A stretch of DNA of 64,000 bases from the human T2T-CHM13v2.0 reference genome, Homo sapiens: the NCBI RefSeq assembly GCF_009914755.1, contig NC_060928.1. One strand, written 5' to 3'. Positions 27,146 through 41,913 of the stretch are shown piece after piece. The notes below the pieces were generated by a model. It ran no database searches. It was given only the letters and a program-made list of their open reading frames with translations, and had not been told where the DNA came from. The position numbers were made by a program, and so were the translations under genes. The stretch's first letter is position 1; each line of letters begins with the position of its first letter.

Positions 27146-27488
27146 TATAAAAACCCTAGAAGACAACTTAGGCAATACCATCTTGGACGTAGGAGTGGGC
27201 AAAGATTTCATGACAAAGATAACAAAAGCAATCTCAACGAAAGCAAATGTTGACAAACGATATCTAATTAAACTTAAGAGCTTCTGTGCAGCAAGAGAAA
27301 CTATCAACAGAGTAGACAGAGGGTGGAGGGTGGGAGAAGGGAGAGGAGCAGAAAAGGTAATTATTAGGTACTAGGCTTAATACCTGGGTGATGAAATAAT
27401 CTGTCTAACAAACCCCCATGACAGGAGTTCACCTATGTAACAAACCTGCCCACATCCCCTGGAACCTAAAATAAAAGTTACAAAAAAA
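27146..27488 (+). mobile_element. Short, internally deleted older L1PA 3' fragment with A tail
   Basis: ORF2 piece ([14 protein letters not shown]) joined directly to 3'UTR gggtggagggtgggag...aataaaagttacaaaaaaa. Confidence 0.8.
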
Positions 27489-28537
27489 GTCATCAAAGGA
27501 AACCTAAAAATAAGGTAAATATAACATGTTGCATGAATTGGAAATAAATCTTGTAAAACAGATGTCACTTATTTCCCAATTAATTTACAGATCCAATGAA
27601 GTTCTAATATAATTTCCAAAATCTATGTATGTAATTTGTCAAGACGATTTTAAAATTTGTCTTGAAGTGAAAGGTTCAAGAATATCTGAGACATCTTTGA
27701 AGAAGAACAAGTTGAGACACACTCTTATTAAAGCATTGGGGTCTCATTCCCAGTAGCCTTTAGAGAAAATTATAGCTGTTAGCCTTGACGGAAAGAGTTA
27801 GACGAGGTGGCTTATTGAATTGATTCAAAGCCAATCAATCTATGTGAAAACACTGGTATTAGTAAGACATCTAAAGACTGCAAGGAAGACATAGGCTGAG
27901 ATACTTTCATTAATCAGGTTTGCATATTCCAGATGATCTGAAGTCACAAAGGGTTCCCTCTTTCTTTCGTATTTAGAAAATATGCTATAGGACATTTAGA
28001 GTGAGGAAGAAAGTCTTCTCTTATTTTCTCACTAGTTAGTTCACATTGCAACCTGCTTTTCCTATGTCATTTAGCTTCTTAACAATTGCTCTGGGTACCT
28101 ATAGTTGCTATTATCTCTCTGGTCTCTTTTATAACTCCCAGTGCATATTAACACATAGGTATTCAGCATAATAGAATCAATGCAAGATTTAAAAGTGACA
28201 CACCAGTAGGAACCAACTGAAAAGTCTACCTGGTATTCGCTGTTTAGAAACAACTTCGTTGTTTCCCTTTAGAAGAGGATTTTTTCCTGCCTATATTTCT
28301 TCTCTTGCTATGTTGCGGGGCTTCTTTTTCTTCAGGGTTCTGCCTAATCTTCGTTTCCATATTCTCCTCTTCACATTCAAGATCCCTTGTCCCACTCCCA
28401 TTTTTCAGTTTCTCATCTTGTGTATCTCATTGATAAGTAAATAAAACAGATAGAAATAAGTAAGTTTAATAAAATATTGCTAGGAGATGTACCAAAGTTC
28501 TTTGCATGAAAGTTGATCATATGAATTGGATCATTTT

Positions 28538-28973
28538 TGTCACTCAACTAAAACAGAGTTGGGAGGCCAGGGAGGGGGTGGGGTGGGGGGAAAGCACCCA
28601 GCACAAAACATTGCTCAAAAGATGTAATTCTCTGCAAGCTGGGCAGCTAAAGCTGCCTGCTATAACCTGAAACCAGTTTGATCTAACTGCTGAAAGCTGC
28701 TCAAACTCTCCGACTAGTTTTGCCCACTGCTGTCACTTACCTATCAGAGTTTGCTAGAACCTTAAAATCTTACTAGTGCTAATGAAATTTCTCAAAGAGC
28801 AATATGTAACATTTTCCCATTTCATAAAATCTTGAACCTTCTCCTTGTTATCCAGAAAGCACACTTCCACTTGTACTAAAAAGCATGCCTCCCCAATCTA
28901 TAGATTTAAAAAAATTATAAAAAATAAAGCTCTACTCCTTTCCCTCTACAGATCTCATGGTCTTTGGTTAACA
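28538..28973 (+). mobile_element. ERV1-class solo LTR (MER67-like)
   Basis: aactaaaacagag..gtaattctctgcaagc..aacctgaaaccagtt..AATAAA..ttaaca; subfamily name is a recall-based guess. Confidence 0.55.
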
Positions 28974-31900
28974 TTTGGAAGCAGGCAAGCAGGGGTTATC
29001 TAATCTAACTAGCCTAGATTTCCATGAGAACGTTTAGAGTCTGAAGCATGAGTAGGAGTTAGCCACACAAAGGGAAGAAGCATGTGTAGGAAAGGAGTCT
29101 AGACAGTGAGAAAAAGTAATGTGTAGGCAAGAGCTTGATATGATTTAAGAAGTGAAAGAATTTCAGTATGACTAGAGTTTGGCGTGAAACAGAACAAGTG
29201 CTAACAGCTAAAGCTAAGACAATAGACAATACATTGCTCTAAAGGGCTTAGAGTTAGAATGGAAAACTTCTAGTGCACTCCAATTTGCCTAATTTTGAGT
29301 TGTGAACACTACATGCCATTCTTCCTCCGAGGTGTTTCCAGATGGAAGTGGGAGGCCACAAAAGCAACCTAAAGTGCTTAATCTTAGAAACTTCTTCGTG
29401 CCATTTGGAGATTGAATCAAAGAACTAACTTCTGACTCTAAACAAAACCTCTTAATGTGAGGTTTTAACATCATATTAATATCATCAGTATCCAACCCTA
29501 AAAGCAAAATGAGAATATCTGTACCAATTCAGTGTATCTTAATAATGAATACTTTTAAGCACTACCTCTCAATTCCATCTTTATCACCTTTAAAATATGC
29601 CAGATTATTTCTTTACTTTCTCATCTATATTGTCACTGTCTACAAGACAGTGAAGTATTCCATCTAAAAGGCAATCAAGTAGGTCAAATTGAAAATGTGC
29701 CATCATGTAAATAAGCCAAAAAAAGGAAAAATGAAAAAGAGAAAGAGAGGGAGAATGTGAGCATGTGAGTGAGAGAGAAAGGTCAAGCAATTTGCTGAAT
29801 TAACATTTTTTGCTTTATTTTTCTTCAATGATAATAGTAATGTATATAGATGTATATAGATAGTTGTATATGTATAGTTATGTATACAAATATGTATTTA
29901 TTTGTATAGACCCAGCCTTAGAAACAAACTACATGAAAGATATATTATCACATACCGTTGATCCATTTGTGTGATCTTAAATTACTTGTCTAATTTTACT
30001 GAATAGAAGCATGAATTTAAATATACAGAAACACACAAAATAAAAGATATATAAAGATAATAAAGTGTTCACCCTAAAATTGCATTACATGTAAAATACC
30101 ATAATACATATGTTGTACATACAACATACAAAATCAAGAATTTTCATAAATGACATTTGTTTTGCTAGAAATGCATCCAGAAATAGATTCATCAGTTGAA
30201 GTACCTAGGCAAAAATATTTTATTTTCAAGATTTTGTTAAATAAGTAATAATTTTTTATTACAATACACCTATTTTTACATTCAGTTTATATTTCAAAAC
30301 TTGAGAAGGATAAAAAATTATTTTGCTTTTGGCTTGTGATAATAATACAGCAAGTGAAAATTGCGTAAGAATGTACTAACTCTGCAATAACAACAAAAAG
30401 TCTAAGAAACCAGTCATTTCTCCATTATTCACTTTAAAAGACGTCCAGATAGCAATTGTCTCAAGTTTGGTAACCATCAGCTGAGTTTGCTGAAAACACA
30501 GACAACAGATAGAAACTTTTCCAATGCATCAGAGTAAATCGACAATTCCATCTCACAAGATTTTCAAAACAGAAAATCAAGAATCCTCTAAATGATTACT
30601 TAAGTCAAAGAATCCAGCTCTTACAATGAATGGAGAAAGAGGGATTTCTATGTACTTTGCATTCCATAAAAATTAAATTAAATAGATACACAAAGGTATC
30701 TCTTGATGAAAAACAAAGATATGAAAACATTCACAGAAGTTTCCACCCAAAGTTTGTTTCAGATGTATCTGGATGAATGTTCCAATAACTTTGTAAAAGA
30801 TTATAGTGCAACAGATGAGAATAAACTTAAGGTATCAAGCAATTGTATTTCATAGGGGATAGTTTACCTTACATTTTAATCATGTTGTGATATGAGTCCA
30901 CTATCTAAATAGATCCTAAATTAGGATCACTAATTAGATCCTAATTTAATCTGCCACTCACTGCATGCTACTTTGCCTTTACACTTTCATTTTTAGTGTT
31001 CCTCTAAATGAAGCATTTGTGGGGAAACTATTCTATAAGTAGATACTTCTGCTTAGATTTATTTTTTCTATATGCTTCCAAAGGTATCCACCATGCCTCT
31101 TACAGGAATCCCATTTTGAAACATGTTATTAAAGAGACAACTCATTTCTAGTCACCTCTCTGCAGGTCTCCAGCAGCTCTGCTATGACGTAGGTGAATCA
31201 TCCTTCTCCCCAACTTGTTTTATTTTCCTTAGTATGTGCTAGTCATGTTTTGTGAAAAACTCATTCCTAAACTTTCTTGTTTAGGAAACAAGAAATATTT
31301 TGTTATTATTGAGCTCATTGAAAAATTTCTGAATATTAAAAAATATCATATTCCAAGATCTTTTTGTAAATCTTAAATGAGCCTTAGAGTTGGTGAAGGA
31401 CATTTGTAAAATATAATGCTTTATTCTGAAGAGAGAGGAAAATCTTAGCATTTTCTTTCTTTTTCTATCTTCCTGACCCATCTTATCCATCTTATGTTGT
31501 GGGTTAGTTTTAGAGGCTTCTGTGCGGCTATGAAAAGGACTATGACTTCTACTTCTAAGTCCCTTTTCTAGCACTAAACTTCTTCCCAAAATAATCTTTC
31601 TAATCTCCTAGTTAACTAAAATTGTCTCATTTTTCCTTATCTCAAAATGGAGAGAAGAGTTAGTAGTAATATGTACTGAGTAAAATTTGTTATATCTTTC
31701 ACATGTAATGTCACATAGATTCTATACAAACTGTTTATATGTGTTTCCATCTATATCCTTCCTATTATCTAAATCTTTTAAAACCTTGTGTTTATTCATA
31801 TATTTTTAATTGAGATATAAAATCGTATGTATTTACCATGCACAGTGTGATAGGTTTTCTGACCCCTCACTTTACAGTGAGAAAAACTACATGACTCTGA

Positions 31901-32089
31901 TTTTAAATGTGGTGTACTCCATGTGGTATGTATTGGGAATAGAATAAATGCCATTTTTGCACTTGATTTCCATGTAACATAGTACATTAGCTTTTAAAGA
32001 TTTAACTTTTGAATATTTGACTCCTGAAAAATCTATGGCATGTAAACGTATTATGGGTTCACAATTCTGATGCTGCTATACATGTATTC

Positions 32090-33360
32090 TAAACATTTTA
32101 ATTGAATAATTGATGGCTAATGGTAGGAGCCAGGTTTCTCACTGTTACTCTAAGCATTTTCAGATAAGCAAGGAGGGGAAGATAAAATGATTTGAGTAAT
32201 GAATTAGAGTTGGACACATCAGTATGAATTCATGGTTAGCTTAATATAGATACAGGTGGATACATATAGAAATATTTGTAGATATGTGTATATAGTTGGG
32301 TTAGTATGCACACATATATTTCTTTCCTTTGTTATCTGAGAGGGCTTAGAAGTAATAGCACTCCAGTAGCAACAAGCACAACTAGAACCCAAATCTTGGT
32401 ATCTAAAATCATTTTCCAATGAAATGAATGAATGAGGGACCTTTGAAGAAATGAGTGTAGCTGAGTGTAGGACTGAGGCAAGAAATCTACAAGATGATCC
32501 ATGAACATCTTCTAGCGCCAGAAAATAAGGGAGTGTCCCCATCCCCATTAAAAAATTGATGATGGTATGTCAAAGAGGACCAGGAGCTAACTGAAGCTAG
32601 AATGATGGCCAAAGCTGGAACAACTTGAGAACAAAATGAAGTAGTATTATAACCCAAAATATAAAGTAAATATTCATGAGTCCAAATGGATCTAAATAAA
32701 TGATTGAATAAATAAATAAATTGTTATGAAGAGACTAAAATTTGCAGTCTCATTTACCATGCAAAATAATTCCAAATAATTTCTGTGATATGCTCCCTTT
32801 AGGAGGTGGAGTATAACTATGCACTGCAGAAGTATGGGCTGAGCCTAGTGACTTAATTCCAATGACTATGGTATGGAAAGGGAAGGAGGAAGAGTAGTTT
32901 TATAGTAGAGAAACCTGAAAAATACTGCCTGACCATGTGATCAAAGTCAACATCATAAATGATAAACTATGTTGATAGTATGTACAGATACATTTCAATG
33001 GGGAGGTATCTACAAAATACCTGAGTAGTGCTCCTCAAACCTGTCAAGGTCATCTAATACAAGGAAATTCTGAGAAACTGTTACAACTAAGAGGAGCCTA
33101 AGGAGACATGACAACTTAACGTAATGTGGCATCCTGGATTGATCCTAGACCATAAAAAAGACATTCGGTAAAACTATGAAAATCTATGTATGGACTTTAA
33201 TTTATAATAACTTATCAATATTGATTCATTAGTTGTAACAAATTTACCCTACTAATGTAAATGTGACTAACAGTAGAAACTGGGTGGGGGTATATAGAAA
33301 CTGTAATAATTTCTCAATTTTCTGTAAATCTAAAACTGTTCTTTTAAAAAGTCTATTTTT
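32090..33360 (+). mobile_element. L1MC (L1MC3-like) 3' region
   Basis: ggtaggagccaggtttctcactg, ggagcctaaggagacatgacaac, tgtaaatctaaaactgttct, L1MC 3'UTR motifs. Confidence 0.7.
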
Positions 33361-34849
33361 TTAAGTGAACATATGAGACAAAAAAAATCACAGTGTGTAG
33401 TAATTTGCAAGTTTCTGCGATAATGATAACACTGGTACATGGGCTATGAAGATGATGTGGGGAGAGCATGTGCCTTAGGTAGTGACAGTGCCAAACTTAT
33501 CACCACGTACATTGGTACAGCTTTGTCTTGCCTTCCTTGAGATCTGCTACTAGAGTATGCTGGTCTTTGAGAACTTGTCCAATCTCTGGATCTATTTTTT
33601 AAAAAATGTCAAAGGTCCATCCACCATAATAATATAATCATATTCAGGAACCGAGCATATTAGAAAAAAATATGTAGCAGCTCAGGACCATCAGCAGAAG
33701 GTGGTAGAGATTGTGGTGAACTGGACAACACATGGTCTGCTTTGTCTCCTAATAATTCAGAATATCTTACAACACAGAACTTGGCAAGCCAAATTCTGTG
33801 GAATGCCAGTTTGGACCACCATCCTCCTAAGAGGAATTTTGTTTTATCTGCTATAGTAAACTCTGACACCACAGGTATTCCACTTTTAATTAAGTTCATG
33901 GTTCCATTTGTGGCTACTTTCCTTCAATTAGGGTTGGATAATCAATGTTGGACCATATGTATCATAGGCCACGTTTTAGCTTTCTGGTATCTGGGATGGT
34001 GGAGAGTTGGGAAATACAACAATGCTATTCAATAAATATGATTCAAAAGCTAAATTGTTCTTCAATTTTACATTATGCCTGATTAAAAAGAAATGCAACA
34101 AAACAGAGACGAAAAGAAATCAAGGGAATAAATTGTTAGTCACTGCCTCATTTCTACTATGTTCCTCCAGCTACCTGTAATTGGCTTAATAGGTGGGCTA
34201 AGTCTGAGCTTGAGTCTGACGAAGTTCTTGCGGTAACAGTGGCAGGATAAATAAAACGACAAACACTAAATCAGACTCCCTCAGAACCGCGTTCCACCAA
34301 CCCAGTCAGTGGCCTGCTGAGCTTCTGGAACCTTACGACCTTTTCTTGCCTTACACTCTGTTTTGGCAACCCAAGCTTCTCGCTATTTCTCGTTTCCTCC
34401 TAACTGCATGCCCTGATGTATTCTTTAGATGTGATAACTGGGTTTGGGTTTCTGGTTTTGACCCTTGGCTCCTCTCCTTGACCATTAGCTGTACTTGCCC
34501 CCTTGCACTGTGTCTGCCTCTGACTATTCAGAATGACCTCTAGTCTGTTTCTAAAATAACCTCAAGATCTTCTATTCAGCGCTAAAAACAAGAAACTTGG
34601 CATCCTGAGTCGCAGATATTCTGGAAGGGTTATATGTTGAATAGACATAGGAGAGGTATATTAAAGGGAAGCTGGATAAGCTAAAGTGGATTCTCAACTT
34701 GAGGAGCAAAGTCTGAATTGAAGCCTACCCTATCCATGTTTTTTACCCTTTTTTATCCAGGTTAGAAAATTTTTATATAATTTTAAACTTCTCTATCTGT
34801 CTATCTTTCTATCTATCTGTCATCGTCTGCATTCCCTATTGTTTTAAAA

Positions 34850-36420
34850 CTTTCTAAAAATACTATAGTAAAATATACATAACAGCATTTATGATTTTAG
34901 TGATTTTTAGGTTTATAGTTTAGTGGGCATTAAGTATATTCAGGTTGTTGTGCAACTATCACTACTAACCATCTCTAGAACCTTTTTATCTTCCCAAATT
35001 GAAACTCTGTACCCATTAGACAATAACTGTTTCCCCCTTCTTTCCCAGCCCCTGACAACCACCATTCTATTTCTCTGTAGGTATGAATTTGACTACTTTA
35101 GATACTTAATAAAGTGGAATCATATAATATTTGTCCTTTTGTGACTGGCATATTTCACCTTGCATAATGTCTTCAAGGTTTATTCAGATTGTAGTTTGTG
35201 TTTGAATTTCCTGCCTTATTAAGGCTGAATAATATTGCATTATATATATATGTATATATTGCACTGTAAATATATATATATATAACAACACAAATGTTCA
35301 TTGATGGATAAATAGACAACATATGGTGTGTGTGTGTGTATATATACCATATATATATATATACACACCGTATATATATATACACACCATATATATGGTG
35401 TATATACATATACACACACACACATATATATATGCCATATATATGGGGTATACACACACACACACATATATATCTATATATACACACACACACCATATAT
35501 ATATACACACACCATATATATATACACCATATATATGGTGTATATACATACACACACACACACATATATATACACCATATATATGGTGTATATATACACA
35601 CACACATATATATCTATATACACACACACACACACATATATATATCTATATATACACACCATATGTTGTCTAACTATTTATCCATCGATGAACATTTGGG
35701 TTGTTTTCACCTTTTGGCTATTGTGAATAATGCTGCTATGATCATTGGTGTCCAAATGTCTGAGTCCCTGCTTTCAATTATGTTGGGTGTACACCTAGAA
35801 GTGAAATTACTAGTTCATATGGTAATTCTTTTTTTTTTGAGGAACTATCACACTTTTCCACAGATGCTGCTTTATTTTACATTCCCACCAGCAACGCACA
35901 AGAGTTCCAATTTCTCCCTCCACATTGTCACCAACACTTGTTATTTTCTGGATTTGTATTTGTTTGTTTTGTTTATTACTTTGTTTTCTAATAGGCATCC
36001 TAAGGATATTGAAGTGTTATCTCAAGGTAGTTTTAATTTGAATTTCCATAGTGTTTAATGATTTTGAGTCAACTTTACTTGTTTATATTGGTCATCTGTA
36101 TATCTTCTTTGGAGAAATATCTATCCACGTCTTTTGCCCATTTAAAAAATCGGGTTGCTTTTATTGTTGTTAAGTTGTAGGAGTTTTTAATACATTCTGG
36201 ATAATAACCAGTTATCAGATGCATGATTTGAAAATATTTTCTTCTATTCCATAGGTTGCTGTGTCCTTTGATGCACAAAAGTATTATATAAATTTACTCT
36301 GTTGATAGTGTTCTTTGATGCACGAAATATTTAATTTTGATAAAGTCAAATTTACCCTTTTTTTCTTTTTTGTTTTGTGTGATTTTGGTGCCATATGTGT
36401 TAAAACTTTTGTAATATTAG
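34850..36420 (-). mobile_element. L1MB 3' fragment
   Basis: gttgtgcaactatcac, aagtggaatcatataatatttgtcc, tatatcttctttggagaaat, antisense L1MB motifs; interrupted by a simple-repeat tract. Confidence 0.8.
35240..35665. repeat. Compound (TA)n/(CA)n/(TG)n micro/minisatellite
   Basis: Alternating purine-pyrimidine tract with recurring caccatatatatggtg units. Confidence 0.95.
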
Positions 36421-38223
36421 ATCTTTTTCCAATATGATCTGCAGAATTTATACTATCTTATGTTCTAGACTTTAAAGAAAATGTATTTTTATGAGGATTA
36501 AAATATTGAGAAACAAAATGCAAGGAGTTCCAGGATCCATCTGGGGATTGTTCCCTTGCTCATAGGTGCTTGTTATATGATCCAAGTACCAGTAGCTCAT
36601 TAGAAAAAGACACAATTACCAAATAAGCCCTCCGAGGAAATGCAAATTTCCGTATCTCTCCTGAAATTCCCTTGCTAGGAATTATTGGATATGGATTGTT
36701 ATGGAAAGAAGGATAGTACGGTTAAAAATATTGCTATAAAAAGCATTTTATGTTATATAAAAATTCAAAAATATTATCATTCTGAGTGAGCTTGGAATGT
36801 ATCATTTCCTAACTCCATGGTGCCAGTCATCATGAGACCTTTAAATTCTCCCAAGATTCTGTATTGCTGACCAGTTTTTGTCCTTCTAAAAGGGTGGAAA
36901 TTTCTCTAAAAGTCTAAGGAGGCCACAGCCACTGGGGGTATATGCTGCTCATAGCAACAAGAGTTATTTTTTATTTTCCTGTAAAAATAGTGAGTAAATA
37001 ATGGCAGATACCATATGCAAACACTGAATTAATGGAAAGAGCTAGTGACAAAGATGCTTTACATATAAATTTTTCTTATTTTCGTACATGTAAGTATTTA
37101 CTCTTCTAAAAGGTAGTAATGCCTTTGTCACCAAGTCTGGTTCCAAAATCAGCCCCCTCTCTATTACACCACAGAATCTTGCCAGAATCATTCAAATCAA
37201 TTTCATAGGAATTCATCAACAAACAACTATTAATCTCTTTGCTGGAAACTTCAGGCAAATGCATCTTTTTGGGATTTTGCCAAGCACTGAATCATGAAAA
37301 TACAGAGTTGGAACTCAAAAAGTTATAAATCATTTGTGTCTCACTTGGGAAGAGTGACATGTGTTAGACTGATAACATAGTCCTTCCTACATGGTTGTGA
37401 AAATTCTCTCCAAGCACGTAGTCTACGTCTACTCCAGTAGTAAAGCTAATTGTTTGGAAAAACCTGTTGAGACCAATGCAGAGCTTAGTCTGTAATAATT
37501 TGACTGATTGCATATCTTATAGCCCTGGGTCTTGAAACTAAGTTGTACTGCCATGAGAAACACCTACACTTCCCCAGTTTTTAAAATGTTTAAAAAATTC
37601 CTTCCTTCCTTCCTTTCTTTCTTGGCTGTTTCTGGCCAAAATGCAGAATTTGCATTTGCCAATCTGAAATCAAATCATATAGAAAAAGCAGAAATGGGAC
37701 ACTTTATGAGATTTCAAAGACCGATATCTGAAAGTCTTTAAATTCTGTAGATGAAATTCCAGTGCGAGGGATGATAGTATTCATGATTCCAGGTTCTATT
37801 GCTATCCAATTTAAGAAATTAAAGTGAATTTCAGTCCTTTTGGAAACAAAGCTGGATGCATTTACTGTACACATGGCTAATTTTACACTCTTATAGCAAA
37901 AAACTCAAGCAGCTTGATTGGAAAGAGAAACCACTTGTAAAACCAACAGTATTAGGAACCACCTGGATTATTCTCTTGTCTTAGTAAGACTGAGGACAAA
38001 AGAGTAGGATAAATACAGCATTTCTGCTACCCTATGTTTGGTAGCTAAACTATTGTTATCTTTATTTATTTATCCTATTATAATATTTGTGACTCAAAGA
38101 AACGGTAGAACTTAATTAAAGAGAAAAATTAGAATCAATAACAATCACTTTCCAAGGTATAATGGTTCAGAAACACAGGCATTAGAAATCCATCTGCAAT
38201 GGTTTGAATAATCGTCCCCTCTA

Positions 38224-38925
<702 letters not shown>

Positions 38926-39299
38926 AAGAAGTGATTGGGTAACGAGAGTTCTGCCCTCATGAATGGATTAATCCACTCATGAATTAATTGACTGATTAAT
39001 GTATTGATGGATTAATTGATTATTATAGGACCAGGACTGGTGGCTTTAGAAGGTCAGCAAGAGGGACTAGAGCTAGCACGCTCAGCCCTCTTGCCACGTA
39101 ATGTCCGGTGCTGCTTCAGAACTCTGCAGGGAGTCCACACCAGCAAGAAAGCCCTTATCAGATGCAGCCCCTCAACCTTGGACTTCTCAGCCTTCATAAC
39201 GATAAGTATTCATTTATTTTCTTTATAAATTACCCAGTTTTTATAAATCAACAGAAAATAAATTAAGACACCATCTAAATACCAACTCAACTGTGTGCA

Positions 39300-40010
39300 G
39301 ATGAACAACGAGCACACTCATTGGAATAGCTGAAATAAAAACCAGACAGTTCCAACTATTGGTGAAGATGTGAAGCAACTGGAACTCTCAGACTTTGCTG
39401 ATAGGAGTGTAAATAATACAGTTTGGAAAACCGGCTGCATCTACCAAAGCAGACATACACATTACCTTTGACCCAGTAAGTCCCTTATGTAAACTCGACA
39501 GAAAATGTGCACATATATTCCTAAAAAGACACGTAGTAGAATGTTAATAGCAGTACCCTCTGTGGTGGTCCTAGATTAGAAAATTACCCAAAAGTCTGCC
39601 AACAATAAAAAATATAAATCAAATATGATATATCATATAATGGAATACTATATAGCATTGCAGAAACATTGAGAATAAGCTATGTATAATTATACACAAA
39701 AATATTAATGAATCTTACAAGCATATTGTTGAGTTTAAAGAGCCAGGCACAAAAACCCACATGCTGCATGATTCAATTTCTTAACAAACAAAAGCAGGCA
39801 AAAACAATGTATGCCTTTGAAAGTCAGAACCATGGTAACCCTAGAGACACAGGATGTGATTAGAAAGGAACATGGAGTAGGATTTAAGGGTACTGGTAAT
39901 GTTCTGTTTCTTGATATGGGAGCTAGTTCAGTTTGTAAAAACTCTTATTGAGATTGAAATACGTGCACTTTTAAGTTATGTGTTACATTCAATAAAAATC
40001 TTTTAAAAAT
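39300..40010 (+). mobile_element. Old L1M(E) 3' fragment
   Basis: ggtgaagatgtgaagcaactggaactctca...aatggaatacta...caataaaaat. Confidence 0.65.
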
Positions 40011-40194
40011 AATGAGTAAACATTCTCTGAGGTATAGCATAGAATGTGCAGAAACAGGAAAGACAGTTCATCATGGAACATGGACCTGGGGATAGGATTG
40101 AGGGTGAATGTGTGTGGAAAAGCATTGGGATTATAAAATACAGGGCAGTGTCACAATTTAGAAACACTAAGCTAAGGTGCAGCTGAAAACGTAT

Positions 40195-40635
40195 GTGTGG
40201 GAGTTGGTCCAGATTCTCTGAGAAGCAGACATCAAGATAGGATTAGGCATGCAAGAAGTTTATTAAAGTAAGTGTATGTGAGAGGAAATGGGGAGGCAGC
40301 TGGGAGAGGCCGACAAAGACATCAGACCACCATGCGGGATTAACCTTGAGTGAAGGGGGAAGTGAATGTAGGTTGGGTGGAACATCTTGGACTGCAGTGC
40401 AGTTCAAGGGGAAGTTCAGTAAGGTCACTGGGGAATCATAGAGTCCAAGTCACCTGTTAGAGGAAACCTGCGTCTCCCCGGAAGCGGTCTATGTTAGTAT
40501 TCTGCCGTGCTTCTTTATCAGTTAGGAGCAATGCTTGGGAAGCTTAGTCTTGGGACAAAAGTAATGATGAATTTTAAAGCAAAATGTGTAGAGCCACCAG
40601 TCAATTATGCTCCTTGTAGTCAGGGATCCAGAGGT
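40195..40635 (-). mobile_element. ERVL-class LTR (LTR16-like)
   Basis: gaagcagacatcaagataggattaggcatgcaagaagtttatt ... tgccaca. Confidence 0.5.
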
Positions 40636-40999
40636 ACATTTTCATGACTGCCACAAGAAGAAGACAAAACCTGTGACAATGGCCTGCTGGCAAAAGTGTC
40701 TCTAAAATAAAAGCTTTGATTTTTAGTATTTGACAATTTCCTTGGTGTAAATATTTTCACTACGCTGTTTTTCAAGCTAAAAATGGTTTTGCAAATGGTT
40801 GGTAAAATTTCTGAATGTCTGATAATCCGCTCTCATGACATAGTATCAGCCAGCTCCAGCATACCATTCCTTGTAAAGTTTGACTCTACAGGCAAAACAA
40901 AAGCCAATGTTTATCAGAGCAAAAACCTTAGAAAATGTTCACAATAGAAAGTCTTATGTTTTACTTTTTCCTAAAGTAAAATGATTGTCTAAAAGCTAC

Positions 41000-41913
41000 T
41001 GATGGGGACAGGAGGCAGAGAAATTCTGGGCAGAAAACGGCGGATCCCTGGTGAAGCTTCAACCTCAAGCCTAAAACCCTGAGACCACAGCCCAAAGTGA
41101 GAACTTATAACCCTGTTTTCCCATTCAAATGTTGCCTTTTCCTAAGCCACCCATGGCCCTGCCCCACCCCATCATGTACCTATAAAGACCCTGGACTCAG
41201 CAAGCAAAGCAGAGAAGCAGCTGGATATTGAGGACTATAGCTAAATGTCAGAGAGAAGTGGCTGGACTTCAAAGGGACAGCTTGATGGCATAACTTTGGA
41301 GAAGAATCCTGCCGGAGACAGCTGGACTTCAGAGGAAGATTATCTTCCTTCCCTGTTCCCTTTTCAGCTCCTCTTCCCACTGAAGGCCACTTTCATCAGC
41401 AGTAAAATCACACACATTTAACATCCTTCAATTCGTTTGTGCAACCTCATTTTTCCTGGATGCTGAACAAGAGCTTGGGAGCCATAAGTGTGGATACAAA
41501 AGGCTGTCTAAGGCAGAGGACCCACTGAGCTGTTAAAACTTAAGCTGTCTGTGGACAGCAGAGCTAAAAGAGCACTGTAACATGCTTTCTGAAGCTTCAA
41601 TGGTCACAGGCATCCCCCTGTAGATGCTGCTGCTGTGGGGCCTGCACAGAGTTTGCCCCTGCCAGTACCCAAAAGCGCTCACCCCAAATCCTGCCCGCTC
41701 ACCTGTGTGCTCCCTCCTGCAGTAAGTCTGAGTAAGTGGAGTTCACTCATGCCAGCACTGAAGTGGACAGCTGTTTCCAGCACTCCTGCAATCCAGTTCT
41801 CGCCTCATTCACTCACGCACACCCTTCTGCAAGGAGTTAAGAGCTGCTGGCTGAGTAAATGAGGCACCCCTGTTGCGAGTCCTGTGAAGGGGTCAGGGAA
41901 ATATCCTGCTTCA
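41000..41913 (+). mobile_element. 5' LTR (LTR1-family)
   Basis: tgatggggacaggaggcagagaaattctggg ... gggtcagggaaatatcctgcttca. Confidence 0.88.

Larger units (their letters stand above)
24830..27720 (+). mobile_element. Very old L1M(E) ORF2 remnants, interrupted by younger elements
   Basis: Degenerate A-rich L1 motifs (ggagacttacaata, cataaaacaagtctcaacaaatttcaaag, atcatctcaatggattcagaaa); boundaries approximate. Confidence 0.55.

Noticed and set aside
35173-36058. Cluster of long ORFs (up to 242 aa) rich in Y/I/H/T/C/V
   Set aside because: Artefact of the stop-free TA/CA repeat and L1MB sequence
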